64,000 nucleotides of DNA from Candidatus Woesearchaeota archaeon (GTDB lineage Archaea; Nanobdellota; Nanobdellia; Woesearchaeales; DATGWN01). A program made the translations under genes and the position numbers. This document shows, in pieces, positions 58,101 to 64,000 of the stretch; the stretch's first letter is position 1; every line of letters begins with the position of its first letter. The stretch is from positions 8,171-72,170 of the forward strand of contig JBLKOU010000001.1 in assembly GCA_047603125.1 (NCBI GenBank), in the 5' to 3' direction. Below the pieces are notes generated by a model. The model did not search any database, was not told the origin of the DNA, and worked only from the letters and a program-made list of their open reading frames with translations.

Positions 58101-59297
58101 ATGGTATTGCTTTCACTTATAATAAAACAGATGACGCAACGAAAATTGCGCTCAAGTTTAACAATTGTAGGAATTTTTATAGGAATTAGTGCCCTTGTCT
58201 CCCTTATTTTACTTGCGGGTGCACTTGAGCGTGGTGTTGGTGCACAATTGGATAGTTTTGGTGCGGATGTTATTTTAATAGCGCCTTTGACTGCGGTAGG
58301 AGGTGGTCCGCCATCGGGTATTGGTTCATTTACAACGACGGAAACTGAAATTGTTCGTTCTATTCCACAAGTTCTCTCCGTAAGTGAATTACTCAATGAA
58401 CGAGTCGATATGCGTTTAGGAAGAGAAGAGAAACGAAAACGTGTGCAAGGCGTTACACTTGGTTCTGGTAGGGATATACAAACCTTTGAAGAATTTATTC
58501 GCGTCGATGTTCGAGCAGGTCGGCATTTGCAACAAGGGGATACTCGATCATTAGTTGTTGGAGATAGATTTGCACGAGAATTTTTTGAAAAAGAATTATT
58601 TGTTGGAAGTTCTGTTCGAATTAATGAGCAACGGTTCACAATCATCGGTATTTTTGAACGTCAGGGAACACAGGATGTGGATAATGCTGTATATACGTCA
58701 ATTGAAGATATGCGAAATATTGTTGGAGATAATCGCGCACTCACAGCATTATCTGCACGCATTGCGCCAGGCGTTGATTTAGAGATTATGGAAGAGCGTA
58801 TAAAAACACGCTTAGAACGTGCTCGCGGTGTTGAAGATGTTGCAGTGACAACTGCGGCACAAATTCGTGAGCAAATTGGAAGCTTTTTGCTTGCAATAAA
58901 TATTGTTGTTATCAGTGTTGCACTCATTAGTTTATTTGTTGGCGCACTTGGCGTAACAAATTCATTATATACTTCAGTATTGCAACGAACACGCGAGATT
59001 GGAACGATGAAGGCGATTGGCGCAAAAAATTCACAAATTTTGAAAATTTTTGTTCTCGAATCTGCCTTTTTTGGACTTGTCGGAGGACTCATTGGTATTG
59101 CACTAGGGGTGTTACTTGCAGGAAGCTTTATGGCTATACTTAATACATTTGGCTTTATTCGTTTAACATTGGATATTGAATTAGAACTCCTTATTGGAGC
59201 ACTTATTTTTAGTGTGGGGTTGGGGATAGTGGCCGGATTTTTGCCGGCGTACCGGGCTTCTTTGCAAAAACCCGTGGATGCGCTTCGCTATGAGTGA
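58101..59297 (+). CDS. ABC transporter permease, FtsX/MacB family (second copy)
   Basis: Paralogue of the preceding gene, same architecture. Confidence 0.8.
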   Translation: MVLLSLIIKQMTQRKLRSSLTIVGIFIGISALVSLILLAGALERGVGAQLDSFGADVILIAPLTAVGGGPPSGIGSFTTTETEIVRSIPQVLSVSELLNERVDMRLGREEKRKRVQGVTLGSGRDIQTFEEFIRVDVRAGRHLQQGDTRSLVVGDRFAREFFEKELFVGSSVRINEQRFTIIGIFERQGTQDVDNAVYTSIEDMRNIVGDNRALTALSARIAPGVDLEIMEERIKTRLERARGVEDVAVTTAAQIREQIGSFLLAINIVVISVALISLFVGALGVTNSLYTSVLQRTREIGTMKAIGAKNSQILKIFVLESAFFGLVGGLIGIALGVLLAGSFMAILNTFGFIRLTLDIELELLIGALIFSVGLGIVAGFLPAYRASLQKPVDALRYE

Positions 59298-60003
59298 GGG
59301 GAATATTATTGTACTTGAGAATTTTTCGAATCTTAAAATCAAGCTCTTGTTTTTCTCCATCACTTAAGACTGCGTTTTTATTATAGAACTCAATTTTCAT
59401 TGGTTCATAGCGAAACGTTCTATCTTGAACAGCAAGTTCGCTGTGAATAGGGTCTGCTTTGGCGTTATACACAATACTTGGAAGCACATATTTTGGTGTT
59501 TGATAGAGTTTTGTAATGGCGCTGGTAATTGTTCGTAAAATAGGTGTCTTTTGAAATGATTCAGGAATATTTGGCTTTGCCGTTGAGCGCATTTTAATAG
59601 CGTATTGCATGAATTGTTGGTGGGCTCGAAAATCTGTTTGCGAGTGAAATGTATCAAACGTGGAGTGGGAGTGTCCAACGCCAGTGATTCGCTTTTTTTT
59701 CGACTGAAAATAATTGAGTGCTTCTTGGACTTGACTTGCTGGTATGTCATATGTTGTTGGTGTAATGGTTTGTTTGGTTGCAAGGTGTATGTCGTTAATG
59801 TCAATAATTGTTTGATGCCTTTTATGCGTTACATTTCCGCCATAAATGAATCCGACTTCTGTTTTTGCTTGTCCTAATTGATGAATACGAGTAGAAATAT
59901 ATTGAGACGCAAGATGAATTTTATAATCCATGCGAACAACCGGTGTATTGAGGTTGTTGAGTTGTTGTGCAAGTTCGTTTTCGGGTCTTTGTCTTAGTTC
60001 CAT
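59209..60003 (-). CDS. JAB/MPN (JAMM) metallopeptidase, deubiquitinase-like
   Basis: Complete JAMM motif E...GHSHSTFDTFHSQTD (HxHx7Sx2D); overlaps E1 gene by 10 nt; 3' end overlaps convergent FtsX gene by 89 nt. Confidence 0.75.
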   Translation of the reverse strand: MELRQRPENELAQQLNNLNTPVVRMDYKIHLASQYISTRIHQLGQAKTEVGFIYGGNVTHKRHQTIIDINDIHLATKQTITPTTYDIPASQVQEALNYFQSKKKRITGVGHSHSTFDTFHSQTDFRAHQQFMQYAIKMRSTAKPNIPESFQKTPILRTITSAITKLYQTPKYVLPSIVYNAKADPIHSELAVQDRTFRYEPMKIEFYNKNAVLSDGEKQELDFKIRKILKYNNIPLTHSEAHPRVFAKKPGTPAKIRPLSPTPH

Positions 60004-61274
60004 TTTGTATACCTGAGTTTTCTTTTTTCAAAGGGTGTGTACGAGAACATGAATTCTGGTGTGATGGGGTTATTTGTTGTCGTTCGTTGCCTAGCAAGAA
60101 GTGTCATTGCTGCACCTATGAACATGTTTGGAATAATAACGGACGGATTGACTTGTCTTGCACAGCTTTGCGTTCTTTGTTGTCTTCGGGGCTGATCTTT
60201 GTGCAAATGGAGTTTTCTTTGCTCACTTAATGTCGGAGTTTTATTTGGAAGATACGATGTGATCATTCCGACAGTTGTATTACATGAACCTTCGATAAGA
60301 GGAATGGAGTACGTGCTTGCAAGCTCGCTTGCAATTTTTCTTGAAGCGACAGTATCAGTGCAGCAAAATATGAGGTCGAAGTTTGAAAAGTCTCCAAAAT
60401 TACTTTTCGTGAGTTTTGCTTGAACGGGCGTGATATTTGACAGCTCTTGTGCGAGTGCTTGTACTTTTGGTTTGCCGACATGGCGCGTGTATAAAATTTG
60501 TCTGTTGAGGTTACTCTCTTCAACTTTATCAAAATCAATAACGGTGATTTTTGAGCGCGTATCTCTTGAAAGCGAAGCGGCACAATAGGTTCCAATTCCT
60601 CCTGCACCGATGATAAGAACATTTCCTAGGTCTTTTGCAAGTCTTGTGCAGCTATGGCCATCAAAGAGTTGTGCATAAGGGTTAAACGAAATACTGTGTC
60701 CTTGTTGTAGGTGGTATTCGTTTTGAAATGGAATGTTTTTTTTGCGAATTTCATCAAGAACAGTCGCGCCCATACAATACTGCACTGCTAAGTCGGGCGG
60801 AGTTAATTGATGGCTCATTGTTTGTAAATATTGTGCACTTGGTGAATTTTTTTCTAAGAATCGCATGCGTGTTTGATGTCCGTTTTGTGTGAGTATAAAC
60901 GATTCTTTTCTTCCAAAGTCTTGATATGCGTGAACATGATCCTGGCAAATAATGTGTCGTTTTGTTTGAAAATATGAAGCAAGTTCAGGAAATGGTTTAG
61001 TTCGCATGACATTGACGGTATTTGTTGCGTCATAGTCTTGGAGTATGGCGTGAAAACTTTGCGCATTACTTTTTTTTTCTTTTTTTGAAAATCCAGGGAC
61101 GGGAAAAATATCATTTTCATCATTGTCATAGACGTGAATATTTTGTACACCTAGGCCGATGAGTCCCTGCGTAATAACTTGGGTGAGTTCTGTGATTGGG
61201 TAGAGGGCAACTGATTCTTGTTCAATGCGCGCATACTCTTGTTTGAAAGCCTCGGCGTTAGCAGCTGTTCTCAT
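59994..61274 (-). CDS. E1-like ubiquitin-activating enzyme (ThiF/MoeB fold) with ~200-aa N-terminal extension
   Basis: Rossmann/ATP loop VLIIGAGGIGTY...VIDFDKVEESNLNRQ; candidate catalytic Cys in DLIFCCTDTVASR. Confidence 0.8.
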   Translation of the reverse strand: MRTAANAEAFKQEYARIEQESVALYPITELTQVITQGLIGLGVQNIHVYDNDENDIFPVPGFSKKEKKSNAQSFHAILQDYDATNTVNVMRTKPFPELASYFQTKRHIICQDHVHAYQDFGRKESFILTQNGHQTRMRFLEKNSPSAQYLQTMSHQLTPPDLAVQYCMGATVLDEIRKKNIPFQNEYHLQQGHSISFNPYAQLFDGHSCTRLAKDLGNVLIIGAGGIGTYCAASLSRDTRSKITVIDFDKVEESNLNRQILYTRHVGKPKVQALAQELSNITPVQAKLTKSNFGDFSNFDLIFCCTDTVASRKIASELASTYSIPLIEGSCNTTVGMITSYLPNKTPTLSEQRKLHLHKDQPRRQQRTQSCARQVNPSVIIPNMFIGAAMTLLARQRTTTNNPITPEFMFSYTPFEKRKLRYTKWN

Positions 61275-62158
61275 GCTATCACCCGTGATGTAAGTTCTCG
61301 CATTCTTTGCGCTGTTGGAACAGTTGGGTGAGGTGGATTTTTCAAAACCATACGTGCATGCTCAAGAGTAATTTTTACTTGTTCACTTCGATCTCGATTT
61401 TCTAATGAATATCGTTTTTCTTTTACAAAACCTGAAATTTGAAAACGTCTATCTCCGTTGTAACAAATATCTCCGTTTTCAAAAACATAAAAATGCTCAT
61501 AGGGAATATTTTTCACATAGGGGTATTTGAGAAGGGTAATTTCTTTGTTTTGTTCATTAATGGAGAAATCTGCTTGAATATGTGCTGGCGCAAATTGATA
61601 GGTTCGGTTTTTGTAGCGCATGCGAATGGGTTCAGTTACATAGCTAATGGATAAGAGTGTATTTTGTGCTTGTGCAGTTTTTTTTATTTGGTATGGTGAA
61701 TTATTTGCGTTTGTTGCAGGTTGTCGCATAGGTTGTGTAAGTCCTTTGAAAAAGCGTTGACCATTAATGTGTAAATCGTATGAGAGTAGCGCTGAATGAA
61801 AATTGGTGATTGTTCTATTGTATAGAAGAACGGGTCGTTCGTGAAATGTTTTTTGTTTGATTTGTCTGGCGGTGGTTAATTGTTCGATGAGTTGATCGAC
61901 ACAGGACTGTTTTGTTGAGAGTCTAGTGAAAAACTCTGCAGTTTCACTTTTTTCTAAATTCCAAAATTTTTCTTTTGAAGTTTTGTAGTGATTTGGTTGT
62001 CTGTTCTTTTGTGAGGGTCGTAAAATATATGCGTCATTTTCAAAAAAAAGAATGGGAGTAGATTCAAAGGGAATCATACGCTCCTCCAAACGAACTGACT
62101 GAATATCGCAAATCAACGTGTTTGTAGTTTTCTCCATCCAGTTGTAGATGTTCAACAA
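61271..62158 (-). CDS. E2-like (UBC-fold) ubiquitin-conjugating enzyme homologue with N-terminal extension
   Basis: KYPYVKNIPYEHFYVFENGDICYNGD aligns to the UBC active-site region YPFKPPKVxFxTKIYHPNIxxNGxICLDIL; downstream NPPHP resembles the UBC PNPxxP; start may be ATG 62077. Confidence 0.5.
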   Translation of the reverse strand: MLNIYNWMEKTTNTLICDIQSVRLEERMIPFESTPILFFENDAYILRPSQKNRQPNHYKTSKEKFWNLEKSETAEFFTRLSTKQSCVDQLIEQLTTARQIKQKTFHERPVLLYNRTITNFHSALLSYDLHINGQRFFKGLTQPMRQPATNANNSPYQIKKTAQAQNTLLSISYVTEPIRMRYKNRTYQFAPAHIQADFSINEQNKEITLLKYPYVKNIPYEHFYVFENGDICYNGDRRFQISGFVKEKRYSLENRDRSEQVKITLEHARMVLKNPPHPTVPTAQRMRELTSRVIA

Positions 62159-62585
62159 GACTGCCTAGGTGATTGCTAACTTTGTCTTCAAGGCGCATTT
62201 CTAAGTTGTAATTGCCATCTGACTTTCCAAAAAGTTTGACATCGGGAACTTGTACTTCATTGCGATAAGTACCTGCAATTTCTCTTTGACTGGGTGTGTA
62301 TTCTGCGTTATGCTCGTTTGCATTTGGGTCGAGAATCCTCTCAACCAGGTCTTTAAAGGTGTAGTTTGGTTTGATATCAACAAAACGGTAAATACCTTCA
62401 TGTTCGAGTTCTTCTCCACTGGGAAGTATCATTGTCGCAAGGTCATCTGGATTACCCCGCGAGAGTCGTGCGAGTATGGGTTGGGCCATATACTTGCTAT
62501 TGCCGGATGGCTCTAATAATTTTAGAACGATTTCTTGAAAGATTTTCTGGTTTTTTTGTTCACGTTCTCGACGGGGGCAAAGCAA
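62064..62585 (-). CDS. candidate tandem ubiquitin-like (ISG15-like) protein precursor with C-terminal GG plus 5-residue tail
   Basis: Ends ...KHVDLRYSVSSFGG-AYDSL (compare Ub ...LHLVLRLRGG); second half has a beta-grasp-like beta-beta-alpha pattern; likely start ATG 62489. Confidence 0.35.
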   Translation of the reverse strand: MLCPRREREQKNQKIFQEIVLKLLEPSGNSKYMAQPILARLSRGNPDDLATMILPSGEELEHEGIYRFVDIKPNYTFKDLVERILDPNANEHNAEYTPSQREIAGTYRNEVQVPDVKLFGKSDGNYNLEMRLEDKVSNHLGSLVEHLQLDGENYKHVDLRYSVSSFGGAYDSL

Positions 62586-62623
62586 AACATTTATATACTT
62601 AAAAGCCGGTTTTTTTTTCTAGA

Positions 62624-64000
62624 ATGTTTTCACGGGGTCAGGTAGCTGTTTTTGTAATAGTGGGTGTGGTAGTGTTGTTGCTCGCATCGGTGTATTTTAT
62701 GTACCAATCTGCCCTTGATGTTGGTGATTCTGAGGTTTCTCGAACGGTTTCTGAAGTTGTGCCTGATGAGTTTATTCGCGTTCGTGAGTTTGTTCAGCAA
62801 TGTTTAAATGATATTGGTCTACGTGGTCTTGAAAAAGCAGCGTCCCAAGGCGGATATATTTATCCTGAGCGGTTTGGTATACAGGCGCAGCATTTTGCTC
62901 CGACCACTTCAAATGCATTTACGCTTGCCCAGGGTTCTAATCCTGTTCCGTATTGGTATTACTTGGCAACGCCTAATGATTGTTCGGGTAATTGTATTTT
63001 TTTATCAGAGCAACCATATTTGCGTGGGCCTGAGCCTGATAGTATACAATCCCAGTTAAATTCCTACGTCCGTGAAGAGTTGCCGTTTTGTATTCGTGGT
63101 TTTACTGCGCTTGGTGATGAGGGTTTTACTGTTGAAGTGCTTGGGGACTTTGAAGTTTTTACATATTTTCATGATCAAAATGTTCAATTCTTTTTAGAGT
63201 ATCCTCTTGAAGTGACTTTTCAAGAATCGACATCCCGTGTGAGTGAGTATCAAGTGTATGTGGATGTTCCATTCATGCGTTTGTATGAGTTGGCTGCGAT
63301 GCTTACTGGTTTGCAATCTGAATTTCGGTATTTAGAACACACAACTATGGAGTTAATTTCTTTGTATAGTGGGTTAGATAGAAATAAACTTCCGCCGACA
63401 AGCGGGAGTACATATGAGTATGTTGCCGCACTGTTTTGGCCAGTTACGCAAGTAGAGTTTATGCTTCGTGATATTTTGCAAACATATGTCAGTGCGGTGC
63501 AAGTGCAAGGGGTTTCTAATTATATGGATCGTACTGAGCAGTTTATGCACCTCGATGGTCCGCAGAGTCGTGTGCTTGCAATTCAGCGTTTGTATGAAAA
63601 ATTTGATTTGCCTTTGGGTGTGATTCCCTATGATGGGCCAGTTACTGTTCCTCAAAATTTAATTGAACGGTATGGCGAGGAGTTAGCTGAGACGATTGTT
63701 CGAAGTACACAGCGGGCAGAACCAAATCCTGATTTTGTTCAACGTTTTGGTCGTTTTGAAGTGTATCACTCATATAGTGGTCAACAAATGTATTTTAATG
63801 TTAATGATGATGGCGGTTTGATAAAGCCAAATTCGCTCTCCGTTGATTTTTTTGGTCTCTTACCGTTTGGTTTTCAACAATACGATGTGTTGTATGATGT
63901 TGCATACCCAGTACTTGTTGAAGTATATGATCCTGACGCACTTGGTGGACAAGGGTTTACGTTTGCATTTGGTTTAGAGACAAATGTCGAGAATAATGAG
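62624..64000 (+). CDS. exported/membrane-anchored protein, 3'-partial (runs off window), not in ORF track
   Basis: ATG 62624, N-terminal TM (VAVFVIVGVVVLLLASVYF), >458 codons open to nt 64000; G+T-rich codon usage distinct from neighbours. Confidence 0.6.
   Translation, partial: MFSRGQVAVFVIVGVVVLLLASVYFMYQSALDVGDSEVSRTVSEVVPDEFIRVREFVQQCLNDIGLRGLEKAASQGGYIYPERFGIQAQHFAPTTSNAFTLAQGSNPVPYWYYLATPNDCSGNCIFLSEQPYLRGPEPDSIQSQLNSYVREELPFCIRGFTALGDEGFTVEVLGDFEVFTYFHDQNVQFFLEYPLEVTFQESTSRVSEYQVYVDVPFMRLYELAAMLTGLQSEFRYLEHTTMELISLYSGLDRNKLPPTSGSTYEYVAALFWPVTQVEFMLRDILQTYVSAVQVQGVSNYMDRTEQFMHLDGPQSRVLAIQRLYEKFDLPLGVIPYDGPVTVPQNLIERYGEELAETIVRSTQRAEPNPDFVQRFGRFEVYHSYSGQQMYFNVNDDGGLIKPNSLSVDFFGLLPFGFQQYDVLYDVAYPVLVEVYDPDALGGQGFTFAFGLETNVENNE

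Noticed and set aside
62808-63059. 83-aa ORF in the ORF track
   Set aside because: It is out of frame inside the much longer 62624-onward ORF, which has a signal peptide and consistent codon usage.
1-64000. Search for CRISPR arrays, rRNA genes, RNase P/SRP RNA
   Set aside because: No regularly spaced direct repeats of 25-40 nt were seen. There is no rRNA-like GC-rich block. The conserved RNase P P4 sequence (AGGAAAGUCC-like) and SRP domain IV motifs were not recognised in the structured spacers.

Overview
This window is a compact, low-GC archaeal chromosomal segment with very short intergenic spacers. The archaeal assignment rests on DnaG-type primase, topoisomerase VI A/B, ribosomal proteins L31e/L39e/S19e, ABCE1, RIO kinase with a Dim2-like KH protein, and an RPA-like SSB. 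The gene content suggests a small-genome (DPANN-like or euryarchaeal-like) organism that carries many bacterial-type genes: gyrA, the sufBDSC operon, mnmA, MscS and a TetR/ABC/FtsX cluster. Housekeeping genes dominate: gyrA, scpB, dnaG, top6AB, tdk, SOD, a PpiC-type PPIase, TrmI, MnmA, the Suf Fe-S assembly operon, and a glutaredoxin/Bcp/VKOR redox cluster. There are three tRNAs: Arg-TCT, Cys-GCA and Thr-CGT. The accessory features are: (1) a minus-strand four-gene cassette at 59.2-62.6 kb with a JAMM/MPN peptidase, a ThiF-type E1, a UBC-like E2 and a candidate tandem-Ubl precursor ending GG-AYDSL, which is a prokaryotic ubiquitin-like conjugation (Bil/Bub-like) system; (2) SufB interrupted by two LAGLIDADG inteins; (3) a dispersed MITE-like repeat family with terminal inverted repeats at five intergenic loci, plus a second modular repeat family; (4) a vapBC toxin-antitoxin pair flanked by two tRNAs and a repeat copy; (5) structured inverted-repeat-rich intergenic regions, one of them beside an Orc1/Cdc6-like AAA+ wHTH gene where it could be an origin; (6) a 1117-aa S8 subtilase surface protein with dense N-glycosylation sequons. 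Several small genes missed by the ORF track were recovered by eye: L39e, a C4 zinc-ribbon protein, and a 3'-partial exported protein running off the window end.
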